A stretch of DNA of 64,000 nucleotides. It comes from Anaeramoeba ignava BMAN (lineage: Eukaryota > Protista > Anaeramoebae). This document shows positions 36,229 through 48,543 of the stretch, one piece after another. Position 1 is the first letter of the stretch; every line of letters begins with the position of its first letter. Under the pieces are notes generated by a model, which had not been told where the DNA came from, did not search any database, and worked only from the letters and a program-made list of their open reading frames with translations. The stretch lies in the NCBI GenBank assembly GCA_028826165.1, contig JAPDFW010000090.1, positions 1 through 64,000 on the forward strand. The letters are read 5' to 3'. Made by a program: the position numbers and the translations under genes.

Positions 36229-38472
36229 TTATTGATTGTTAATCATTTTTTCAACTTCTGTGAAAATAAGTTGAGTAACTTCATCAAAATTATAATCTTT
36301 TTCTTTAAGATCAATGTTTGTTAATAAATTTTCTTTTTTATAATGTTCAAGAATTTTGTTTGCTTGATCAAAATAATTTTGAAGTCGACTTTTCATAACT
36401 TCTTCTGTATCATCTTTTCTAATAATTAAATCTTCTCCAGTTATCTATTTAAACATAATTTTGTATTCAAATTGATTTAAAATTGATATAAAATTAATAT
36501 AAAATTGATTTAAAATTGATTTAAAATTAATATAAAATTGATTTAAAATTGATTTAAAATTGATATAAAATTGATATTAAATTAATTTAAAATTGATTTA
36601 AAATTGATATAAAATTGATTTAAAATTGATATAAAATTAATATAAAATTGATTTAAAATAGATATAAAATTAATTTAAAATTGATTTAAAATTGATATAA
36701 AATTGATATAAAATTGATATAAAATTGATTTAAAATTGATTTAAAATTGATATAAAATTAATATAAAATTGATATAAAATTGATATAAAATTGATTTAAA
36801 ATTGATTTAAAATTGATTTAAAATTGATTTAAAATTGATATAAAATTGATATAAAATTGATATAAAATTGATTTAAAATTGATTTAAAATTGATTTAAAA
36901 TTGATATAAAATTGATATAAAATTGATTTAAAATTGATTTAAAATTGATATAAAATTGATTTAAAATTGATTTAAAATTGATTTAAAATTGATATAAAAT
37001 TGATTTAAAATTAATATAAAATTGATATAAAATTGATTTAAAATTGATTTAAAATTGATATAAAATTAATATAAATTTAATAATTGATTTAAAATTGATT
37101 TAAAATTGATTTAAAATTGATATAAAATTGATATAAAATTGATTTAAAATTGATTTAAAATTGATTTAAAATTGATATAAAATTGATTTAAAATTGATTT
37201 AAAATTGATTTAAAATTAATTTAAAATTGATTTAAAATTAATATAAAATTGATTTAAAATTGATATAAAATTGATATAAAATTGATATAAAATTGATATA
37301 AAATTGATTTAAAATTGATATAAAATTAATTTAAAATTGATTTAAAATTGATATAAAATTGATATAAAATTGATATAAAATAGATATAAAATTGATTTAA
37401 AATTGATATAAAATTGATATAAAATTGATATAAATTTGATATAAAATTGATTTAAAATTGATTTAAAATTGATATAAAATTGATTTAAATTTGATATAAA
37501 ATTAATATAAAATTGATATAAAATTGATATAAAATTGATTTAAAATTGATTTAAAATTGATTTAAAATTGATATAAAATTGATATAAAATTGATTTAAAA
37601 TTGATTTAAAATTGATAATTAAATTTAAAAAAGAAAGAATGAAAAACAAACATCATCTTTCATTGGAACTTTTGGAGGTTTAAAGATTTTATGATAAATT
37701 CTTCCTGAAGGAGGATGGATCATTCTTCCGACGACTCTTTCAATAAGTTTTTTTTGGGGGACATCAAGATTAATAACAGCGGTTAATTTTTTTCCAATTT
37801 GAGAAAGAATCTCATCCAAATCCTGTGCCTGTCTCATTGTTCTTGGATATCCATCAAGAAGAAAACCATTAGCACAAGATGGTGAGTTTAATACTTCTTC
37901 AACTATTCCTTTAACTAAATCGTCTGGTACAAGTTTTCCTGCATTCATATATTCTTCTGCTGTTTCTCCAAGTTTGGTTTTGTTTGCAATTGATTCTCTT
38001 AGCATATCTCCTGTTGACTTAATTTTATCAAAAAATTTTCAATTTAAAAATTTCAATTTAATTTCAGTTAAAAATTTCAATTTAATTTCAGTTAAAAATT
38101 TTCAATTTAATTTCAGTTAAAAATTTTCAGTTAAATTTCAATTTAAAATTTCAATTAAAAATTCAGTTAAAAAATTCAATTTAATTTCAGTTAAATTTCA
38201 ATTTAATTTCAGTTAAAAATTCAATTTAATTTCAATTTAATTTCAGTTTAATTTCAGTTAAAAATTTCAATTTAATTTCAGTTTAATTTCAATTTAATTT
38301 CAGTTAAAATTTCAATTTAATTTCAATTTAATTTCAGTTTAAAATTTCAATTTAATTTCAATTTAATTACTAAATGACGAATTTGATACTTCTCTTTAAT
38401 CTTCGCTGATTGGGTTCCTTTTCCTGCTGCTGGTGGTCCAAAAATAATTAAACAAATTGGTTTTTTTTCCAT
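36229..38472 (-). CDS. Adenylate kinase, long-LID (AK2-like) type, 3 exons
   Basis: GPPAAGKGTQ P-loop, STGDMLR, GKLVPDD, GFLLDGYPRT, LID RMIHPPSGRIYH...DD|ITGEDLIIRKDD. Confidence 0.95.
36445..37651. repeat. Intron filled with an 11-bp repeat (AAAATTGATWT)
   Basis: Tandem 11-mers between the splice sites of adenylate kinase. Confidence 0.9.
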
Positions 38473-38500
38473 TTTTTTTTTGTTTAAAATAAATTTGTTA

Positions 38501-38540
38501 AATGAAAAATGAAAAAATGAAAAATGAAAAAATGAAAAAA
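38501..38540 (-). promoter_or_regulatory. Candidate initiator-like (TCATTTT)n cluster upstream of adenylate kinase (representative of a recurring motif)
   Basis: Five TCATTTT copies on the sense strand 30-70 nt before the ATG; similar clusters precede most genes in the window. Confidence 0.45.
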
Positions 38541-38585
38541 TTTTTTGTTCTTTAATTTTTAATTAGTTTCTAAAATAAAAATTAA

Positions 38586-41500
38586 TTATTTTTGTTTTGT
38601 TTCTTCTTCCATTTTTGAGTTTTGATTATTTTGATTAATTTCTTCATTTTCATTTTCATCTTCATTTTCATCTTCATTTTCATTTTCATTTTCATTTTCA
38701 TCTTCATTTTCATTTTCATTTTCATTTTCATTTTCATTTTCATTTTCATTTTGATTTTGATTTTGATTTTGATTTTGATTTTTATTTTGATTTTGATTTT
38801 TATTTTGATTTTGGTTTTCTTCTTCTGTTTCTTTTTTATGACATTTAAAATGAAATCTTCCTAATATAAAAGGAATTGAACCAACTAATTGTTCAAAATC
38901 ATTTGTTTTATCAAATAAATCATAAAATGGAACAGCTCTAACTGTATAATTTTCTGGAATTGCAAATTTTGCTATTTATATTTTTATTATTAAATATTGT
39001 TAAATATTATTAAATATTATTAAATAGTTTAGAATAAAAAATACCTGCTTTAGGCATTCTTACTAAATAAACTTTTCTACATTCTTTTGGTTTTGTAACA
39101 TGAACTGGAAGATATGGATACTTTTTATCATGAAAAATTTTAAATTTTATATAAATTATTCTAAATAAATCAAAATAAATATAAAAAAAGGATAAATGTT
39201 TACAAAATTCATATTAAAACCAGGTCTCCACCAAATACATAATAACTCTCCAATCTAAAATTTGAAATTTAATTTAATTTAATTTAATTATATATTCTTT
39301 TTCCTATTTTTTTTTGTTATTAGTTTAATTCTTTACTTCCCAGTTATGATAAAATATTTGTGTATTTTTGGGATTTAATTTTTGTGTTAATTTTCTGTTT
39401 AATCCTTCTACTTCTCCTTCACCAGGTTTAAGTTTTCCACCTGGTCTATATTGTTTTTTTTTGTAATAAATTTGTAAATAAATTTGTAAATAAATTTATA
39501 AATAAAGTTGTAAATAAATAAAAAATAAATTTATAAATAAATAAATAAATATAAATAAAATTTGAAACAAATAAATAAAATAAATAAATAAATAAATAAA
39601 ATAAAATAAATAAATAAAGTTGTAAATAAAATATATAAATAAATATATAAATAAGATTTATAAATAAATAAATTTATAAATAAATTTGTAAATAAATATA
39701 TAAAATAAAAAAATAAATCAAAGTAAATAAATTTATAAATAAATATATAAATAAATATATAAAATAAATTTAAATAAATTTGTAAATAAATTTGTAAATA
39801 AATTTGTAAATAAATTTGTAAATAAATTTATAACAAAAAATAAAAAAATAAATATATAAAAATAAATAAATTTATAAATAAAAATAAAATAAATAAATAA
39901 AATATTATAAATAAATATATAAATAAATTTATAAATAAATTTGTAAATAAATATATAAATAAATTTGTAAATAAATTTATAAATAAATTTATAAATAAAT
40001 TTGTAAATAAATAAATAAATATAAATAAATTTGTAAATAAATATATAAATAAATTTATAAAAAAAAATAAAATAAATTTATAAAAAAATATAAAAAAATA
40101 AATAAATTTATAAATAAAATGTAAATAAATTTATTATAAATAAATAATTTATATAAAATAAATTAAATAAATTTGTAAATAAATTTGTAAAATAAATAAA
40201 ATAAATTTATAAATAAATTTGTAAAATAACATATAAAAAATAAATTTATAAATTTGTAAAAATTTGTAAAATAAAATAAATAAACAATAAATAAATATAT
40301 AAAATTTAAATAAAAATATAAATAAAATAAATATAAAAATAAAATTTATAAAATAAATTTGTAAATAAATATATAAATAAATTTAAAAATAAATATATAA
40401 ATAAATTTATAAAATAAATTTGTATAAATAAATTTGTAAATAAATTTATAAATAAATATAAAATAAATTTATAAATAAATTTGTAAATAAATTTGTAAAT
40501 AAAATTTGTAAATAAATTTTTATAAAATAAATTTGTAAATAAATTTGTAAATAAATTTATAAAATAATATATAAATAAAATAAATAAAATATATAAATAA
40601 ATTAAAATAAAATAAAAATTTATAAATTTATAAAAAATATAAATAAATTTATAAATAAATTTATAAATAAATTTTAAAATAAAAATATATAGAATTTGTA
40701 AATAAATTTATAAAATAAATTTATAAATAAATAAATAAAATAAAAATATAAAATAAAATAATAAATAAATATTTAAATTTGTAAATAAAAAATTATATAA
40801 ATAAATATAAATAAAAATATATAAATAAATTTATAAATAAATTTATAAATAAATTTATAAATAAATATATAAATAAATATATAAATAAATTTATAAAATA
40901 AATTTATAAAATAAATTTGTAAATAAATTATATAAATAAATTTGTAAATAAATAAATTATATAAATAAATTTATAAATAAATAAATAAATTTGTAAATAA
41001 ATTTTAAAAATAAATAAATTTAAAAATAAATAAATTTATAAATAAATATATAAATAAATTTATAAATAAATAAAATAAATTTATAAATAAATTTGTAAAT
41101 AAATTTGTAAATAAATTTGTAAATAAATTTGTAAATAAATTTATAAATAAATAATAAATAAATTTATATAAATAAATTTATAAATAAATTTATAAATAAA
41201 TTTATAAATAAATTTATAAATAAATATATAAATAAATATATAAATAAATTTATAAATAAATTTGTAAATAAATTTGTAAATGTACAATGTGAATAAACCT
41301 TCTTTATCTTGAAGAAGAAGTGCATGTGGATGATTATGTTCATGAACAACAAGAACACCACCAACACTTCTTCTCATTCCATTTTTTTCATAATCTTCCT
41401 TCATTCGATTTATTCTATTTTCTAAACTATTATCTTTTTCTGGTGGTGAATCTTTATATTATTAAAATTATTATTATTAAAAATTATAAATTTAAAATTA

Positions 41501-41589
41501 TTATTAAAATTATTAATTTAATTTTAACCTTTTTTCCCAAAAGTATAACAAGATAAATTATATAAATTAACAAATGTTGCAATAGACAT
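38586..41589 (-). CDS. NUDT21: Cleavage factor Im 25-kDa subunit (CFIm25/CPSF5), multi-exon, with NQ/NE tail
   Basis: NLYNLSCYTFGKK, GMRRSVGGVLVVHEHNHPHALLLQ, PGGKLKPGEGEVEGLNRKL, WWRPGF, YPYLPVHVTKPKE, AVPFYDLFD. Confidence 0.92.
39446..41285. repeat. Intron filled with a degenerate 12-bp repeat (AAATAAATTTRT)
   Basis: Tandem units between CFIm25 splice sites. Confidence 0.85.
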
Positions 41590-41662
41590 AAAAATAGAAA
41601 ATAAAAAAATGAAAATGAAAAAAATGAAAAAAATTTATTTTTCATTTTTTTTTTCCTTAAAC

Positions 41663-44129
41663 ATGAAGTATAATTATTTACCTTTCTTTTTGATAAAGAA
41701 AAAATTTTTTAACTTTATAAATTTTTTTAAAATAATAAAAAGCAACCAAAATTTAAGTGAAGAAACACATGATTTAATTCGATATGATAAAGAATTTTTA
41801 CTTTCATTAAAAGTAAATTTTCAAAAAAACAAATTTAAAAAAAAAAGGATAATTAAAATAATTAAAAATAATAAATTAGAATTTAAGAGGAGATGCACCA
41901 AAAAAATTAAAACAAAATAAAATATTTGATTTTATTAAACAAGACATTAAACCAAAAGGAGTTTGGACACCATTTTTTTTACAAAAAAAAGAAAAAGAAA
42001 AAGAAAAAGAAATTCAAATTGAAAAAGAAAAAGAAAAAGAAAAAGAAATTCAAATTGAAAAAGAAATTGAAAAAGAAAAAGAAATTCAAATTGAAAATCC
42101 AAAATTTGATGAAGCAATAAATGAATTAAGAGAGTAAAATAATATATAAAATTTAATCAAAATTTTAATCTCATTCCAAAAAAAAATATAAAATCAAATT
42201 AAATGGATTAAAGATTTTTAAATAAAATCACTGCTCAAAATTATCAAACAATTTTAGAAAAATCTTATCAAAAAATTATTGAATTTGGAAAAACTGAAAA
42301 TTTAAATGAAAAATTTTCTGAAATGATTTGTGATAAAGCAGCTAAAGAAACAATTTATGGATTTATTTATGCAAAATATATTGTGGAATTATCATCCAAA
42401 ATTAATTCATTTTTTCCTGAATTTGGAGTAAAATAATTTTATTATTATTAAATATTTAATATTAAATATTTATTTCTTTTTAATATCATTTAGAATTTGA
42501 AAAAACAAATCCTTTTTTTATGTAGAAAAAATTTTAAAGAATTTCTTGAAGTAGATTCTAATTTATCAATCGTAAAAAATCCAAAATTTTAATTTTAAAT
42601 TTAAATTCATTTATAAATTTAGTCCTTTTATATAATTTAGCAATATAAAGAACAATATTTAGGAAATGTTAAATTAATTGGAAATCTTTATTCTGCATCT
42701 GGACTCAAAGGTGGAATTATAATCAAGTTTGGAAGAAAATAAATTCTTACATTTTATTTTATTTTGAAAATTTATATTAAAATTTATATTTTAAAATTTA
42801 TATTTTAAAGATGCCTTGACCAATTATCTTCTAAAACTGATGATATTCATATTGACGCTTTTGCTATTCTTTTAGAAATCTCTGGAGGAAAATTACAAAA
42901 AGAATATAATGAAAAACTTCAAGGATTTTTAACAAAATGCTCTCAACTCAAACAAAACAAAAATTTATCATCTAAAATAAGATTTAAATTAATGGTAAAT
43001 CAATCATATACGATAATTGAAAGAAAAAGAATTTAAATTTAAAATTTTAAATTTTAATTTTAAAGGATATTTTAGATCTTTCGAAAAAATCTTGGGAATC
43101 AAAGGAAATTTTACAACCAATTATTGTCAAAAAACAGCCAAATCAATCTTTACAAATAATCGAAAAATCAGTTTCAAATTTCATTTTTGGAAATCCAAAT
43201 GATTATTCAACACTTTCCAAAATGAGAGAAATTTTTTCACAAAAGAAAATGAAAAAAACAATTGTCCAAAAATTATTTGAAATGGTACACAAAGTAAATG
43301 CAACAAATTTCGATCCAATCATAAAAGCATTCCAAATATTAAGAGAAAAAAGCATCATTCAAATTAGCGATTTTGATAAATTTTTAGAACCATTCATTCC
43401 TGTTTGCAAAACTCATCTTTATAATAGTATTAATAAAAATACACTGTTTGCTCTTGATGATGAAAAAATAAGAGCAATTACTTTTATATTCCCAGAAATT
43501 TTGGAGCAACCTATCACTCAAATTATACAGGAATTCGACGATTATAATTTGATTCTAAAATGCATTTCAGCTTGTTATGATATTTTTGATAAACCCATTT
43601 TTACAAAAATGATTGCAAGAATTTTCTTAAGAATTTGTCTTAAAAGAATTCAACCTCAAAATAAAATTGAAGAAATTCCAACTGAAAATAATATCAATTT
43701 AATTAATAATTCAAATAAAACTAATCGCTCAAATTTTCATACTGATTCTCAAGAAATTCCAATTTTACCTCCAAATTTTGATTTAAGAAATGCCATTTTT
43801 CCTTATCAAAATTGCAAAATTAAATACGTTTTACAATATTGTATTTTTGATGAAAATCATCAACTTATTTTTATTCAAGAAATTTTTGATTTATTTAAAA
43901 ATCATTTCTCAAATGAAAAAGGTATTTTAATTTTAAATTTTTAATTTTTAATTTTTTAATTTTTAATTTTTTAATTTTTTAATTTTTTAATTTAGATTTA
44001 TTGAATAATCTCTTTTTAATTCTTATGCATGAAAATTTAATTTATGGAAGTGTTCTTCAACAATTTATAAATCAAGAAGATTATAAATCATTTATGAATG
44101 AAATTGAAAAAAAAGAGAGAGAAAATTAA
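41663..44129 (+). CDS. eIF4G-like translation initiation factor (4E-binding motif + MIF4G + C-terminal helical domain), many short introns; boundaries approximate
   Basis: RYDKEFLLSL (YxxxxL-phi); MIF4G hallmarks ILNKIT, DKAAKE..Y..IYAKY, YLGNVKLIGNLY, IDAFAILLEISGGKL, LSSKIRFKLM|DILDL. Confidence 0.82.
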
Positions 44130-44325
44130 ATTAAAAAATTAATTTTTAAATAGAATTTACTAAATAAAAAAAAAAGCAAAAAAAAAAATATTTTTTTTCA
44201 TTTTTTCATTTTTCATTTTTTTCATTTTTATTTTATTTTAATTTTAAAAAGTAAGTTATTTTTTTTTTCTAAATTTTTCTTAATTCATTATTTTTACTTT
44301 CATTTTTAAATTAAAAAGAAATTAA

Positions 44326-47300
44326 ATGGGACAAGAAGAAACAAAACCAAAAGGAAAACAAATTAATCGAAATGTTCAAAATTTAAGTCCTGATTTATTA
44401 AGAAAATTTTCAAGTGGAATTCAATACAACACAAAAGTAATTATAAGAGGAGCAAAAAAAACCGGAAAAACATTACTTTTAAAAAGATTTCAAGGAGAAA
44501 AATTCAATCCAAAATATATTGAATCAACAAAAATAACAACAATCCAAGTTTCATGGAAAAGTTTTTTGTATCCAAAAGATCAAATCAAGTTGGAAATCTG
44601 GGACGTAGTTGATAAATCGCCCCAGAAAAAAAAGAATGTAAAAATCCCGACAAAATCAAAGGGAAAGCAACAAGGAAGTTTTGAGATTGATTCTCTGGAT
44701 GCACAAACAGTGGATGTTTATAGAGGAACTCATGGTGTAATTTTTATGTGCAATCCAGATCGAAAACAAACACTTGAATATATTATAAAAGAATTACCAA
44801 ATGTTCCAAAAGGGCTTGAAATATTAGTTTTATTGAATTTTTTTGGGGATTCAAATTCTGATTCAAATCCTAATTCAAATCAAAACTCTTTTATTACAAA
44901 TAATGTCATTCTTGCTTGTCAAAAATTGACTTCAAATAATATTATGTTTTTGGATTGTTCCTTGAAATCAAATATTGGAAAAGATGGTATTTTATTTTGG
45001 CTTAATCTCCCTTTTGTTAGTTTAAAACAAAAGATATTGGAAGAACAACTCAAAACAAATTCTGAAAAATATTCTTTAGCTATTGAAAAAATGAAAGAAT
45101 TTTCTCAACAATCTAATGTTATTCAGGATAAAATTCAAAATATTCCTGATAAAGAGAAATCAAAAGAAAAATCAAAAGAAAAATCAAAAGAAAAATCAAA
45201 AGAAAAATCAAAAGAAAAATCAAAAGAAAAATCAAAAGAAAAATCAAAAGAAAAATCAAAAGAAAAATCAAAAGAAAAATCAAAAGAGAAATCAAAAGAG
45301 AAATCAAAAAAATCAAGAGAATCAAAAGAAGAAATTGATAAAAGAAAGCAGCAAGAAATTGATAAAAGAAAGCAGCAAGAAATTGAAAAATTAAAACAAC
45401 AAGAAATTCAAAAAAGAAACAACAAGAAATTCAAAAATTAAAACAACAAGAAATTGAAAAATTGAAACAACAAGAAATTGAAAAATTAAAACAACAAGAA
45501 ATTGAAAAATTGAAACAACAAGAAATTGAAAAATTAAAACAACAAGAAATTGAAAAATCAAAACAACAAGAAATTGAAAAATTGAAACAACAAGAAATTG
45601 AAAAATTAAAACAACAAGAAATTCAAAAATCAAAATCAAAATCAAAATCAAAATCAAAATCAAAATCAATTTCACAATCAGAATCAATTTCACATTTACC
45701 AAACCAAAGAATTAATATTATCGTTCCTGAATCAAAAGGAAAAAAATCCAGTTTAGCAGATTTTCAACTTGGAGATATTGATGAATCATTTTTTTCAGAT
45801 TCCGATGAAGAACCAATTAAGAAAATTGAAAAAAAACCTAAAAAAAATGCAAAAATTTCAGAATCAACTACTTCAAATTCTGATTCTGATAAACCTGAAG
45901 TTATTCGTGATAAATCATCAATTTCTACAGATTCTAAATCATCTAAATCATCTAAATCATCCTATTCTTCTAAATCATCTTATTCTTCTAAATCATCTTA
46001 TTCTTCAGATTCTGATAAAGATACTAAAAAACCAACTAAAAAACCAACTAAAAAACCAACTAAAAATGGAATTAAAAAAGAAACTAAAAAAGAAATTAAA
46101 AATGAAACAAAAAATGAAACAAAAAATGAAACAAAAAATGAAATAAAAGATGAAATAAAAGATGAAACAAAAGATGAAACAAAAAATGAAACAAAAGATG
46201 AAACAAAAGATGAAACAAAAGAAGAAACAAAAAATGAAACAAAAAATGAAACAAAAGATGAAATAAAAGATGAAACAAAAGATGAAACAAAAGATGAAAC
46301 AAAAAATGAAACAAAAGAAGAAACAAAAAATGAAACAAAAGATGAAATAAAAGATGAAATAAAAGATGAAACAAAAGATGAAATAAAAGATGAAACAAAA
46401 GATGAAACAAAAGATGAAATAAAAGATGAAATAAAAGAAGAAATAAAAGATGAAACAAAAAATGAAATAAAAAATGAAACAAAAGATGAAACAAAAGATG
46501 AAATAAAAGATGAAATAAAAGATGAAACAAAAAATGAAATAAAAGATGAAACAAAAAATGAAACAAAAGAAGAAACAAAAAATGAAACAAAAAATGAAAC
46601 AAAAAATGAAATAAAAGATGAAACAAAAGATGAAACAAAAAATGAAACAAAAGATGAAACAAAAGATGAAACAAAAGATGAAACAAAAAATGAAACAAAA
46701 GATGAAATAAAAGATGAAATAAAAGATGAAACAAAAGATGAAACAAAAGATGAAACAAAAATTGAAACAAAAGATGAAACAAAAGATGAAATAAAAGATG
46801 AAACAAAAGATGAAACAAAAGATGAAATAAAAGATGAAATAAAAGATGAAACAAAAGATGGAACAAAAGAAGAAACTAAAGATGAAATAAAAGATGAAAC
46901 AAAAGATGAAACAAAAGATGAAACAAAAGATGAAACAAAAGATGAAACTAAAGATGAAATAAAAGATGAAATAAAAGATAAAAAACAAAAGAAAAAAAAA
47001 ATGAAACAAAAGATGAAACAAAAGATGAAACAAAAGATGAAATAAAAGAAGAAACAAAAAATGAAACAAAAGATGAAATAAAAGAAGAAACAAAAGATGA
47101 AATAAAAGATGAAACAAAAAATGAAATAAAAGATGAAATAAAAGATGAAACAAAAGATGAAACAAAAGAAGAAACAAAAGATGAAACAAAAAATGAAATA
47201 AAAGAAGAAACAAAAGATGAAATAAAAGATGAAACAAAAAATGAAACAAAAAATGAAACAAAAGATGAAATAAAAGATGAAACAAAAGAAGAAACAAAAG

Positions 47301-47965
47301 ATGAAATAAAAGATGAAATAAAAGATGAAACAAAAGAAGAAACAAAAGATGAAATAAAAGATGAAACAAAAGATGAAACAAAAAATGAAACAAAAGATGA
47401 AACAAAAAATGAAATAAAAGATGAAATAAAAGATGAAATAAAAGATGAAACAAAAAATGAAACAAAAGATGAAATAAAAGATGAAATAAAATCAAAATCA
47501 AAATCAAAATCAAAATCAAAATCAAAATCAAAATCAAAATCAAAATCAAAATCAAAATCAAAATCAAATTCGAGATCAGATTCAAATTCAGATTCAAATT
47601 CAGATTCAAATTCAGATTCAGATTCAGATTCACATCCAGCTTTTGAAATTGCACATGATGAAGATTTAAGTGGATCAGAAATATCTGATGATGATAATCC
47701 AAAAAAAAATATTCAAAACAAACAAGAAGTTATTAAAAAAATTTTAGGAAATAAATATAATTTTGATAGTGATGAAGATGAAAATGATACAAAAAAAGAA
47801 GAAAAGACAAAACAAAAACAGAATAATCAAGAATTTAATCTTGAAATTCCATTAGATGATGGAGAAAACAAAGATCTTGATAATTTTTTTTCAGATGATG
47901 ATGATGATGATGAAAAAAATCAATCTAAAAAATCAAAACCAAAATCAGATTCAGATTCAGATTAA
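44326..47965 (+). CDS. RABL6: Rab-like protein 6 (RBEL1/PARF) GTPase with a very long repetitive tail; apparent frameshifts at ~45413 and ~46980-47000
   Basis: LLRKFSSGIQYNTKVIIRGAKKTGKT, KLEIWDVVDK and LDAQTVDVYRGTHGVIFM, characteristic of RABL6; followed by EKSK, KQQEIEKL and KDET repeats. Confidence 0.85.
46095..47490 (+). repeat. Coding 12-bp repeat (K-D/N/E-E-T/I)n, ~1.4 kb
   Basis: AAAGATGAAACA and variants in tandem. Confidence 0.9.
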
Positions 47966-48470
47966 AATTAAAATTTAAATTAAAATTTAAATTAAAATTA
48001 AAATTAAATTTAAAATTAAAATTAAAATTAAAATTAAAATTAAAATTAAAATTAAAATTAAAATTAAAATTAAAATTAAAATTAAAATTTAAAATTAAAA
48101 TTAAAATTAAAATTAAAATTAAATTTAAAATTAAAATTAAAATTAAAATTAAAATTAAAATTAAAATTAAAATAAAAATTAAAATTAAAATTAAAATTAA
48201 AACCAAAATTAAAATTAAAATTAAAATTAAAATTAAAATTAAAATTAAAATCAAAATTAAAATTAAATTTAAAATTGAAATTAAAATTAAAATTAAAATC
48301 AAAATTAAAATTAAAATTAAAATTTAAATTAAATTTAAATTAAAATTAAAATTAAATTTAAAATTAAAATTAAAATTAAAATTTAAATTAAAATTAATAT
48401 TAAAATCAAAACCAAAATTAAAATTAATATTAAAATCAAAATTGAAATTAAAATTAAAATCAAAATTCAT
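47961..48470. repeat. (AAATTA)n microsatellite between convergent genes
   Basis: Hexamer run starting at the RABL6 stop codon. Confidence 0.9.
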
Positions 48471-48543
48471 TTTGAAATTAAAAATCTTTTTCTGATTTCT
48501 TTATCTTTTTCCTTAAAATAAAAATGGAAAAAAAAAAAAGAAA

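Noticed and set aside
16260-47010. Pseudogene or programmed-frameshift calls for CLN6-like (~16268), RasGEF (~29412), eIF4G (~42240-42290) and RABL6 (~45413, ~46990)
   Set aside because: Single-base indels mostly in or near homopolymers and repeats, with intact conserved sequence on both sides, are most simply long-read consensus errors. Read polishing or RNA-seq would decide.
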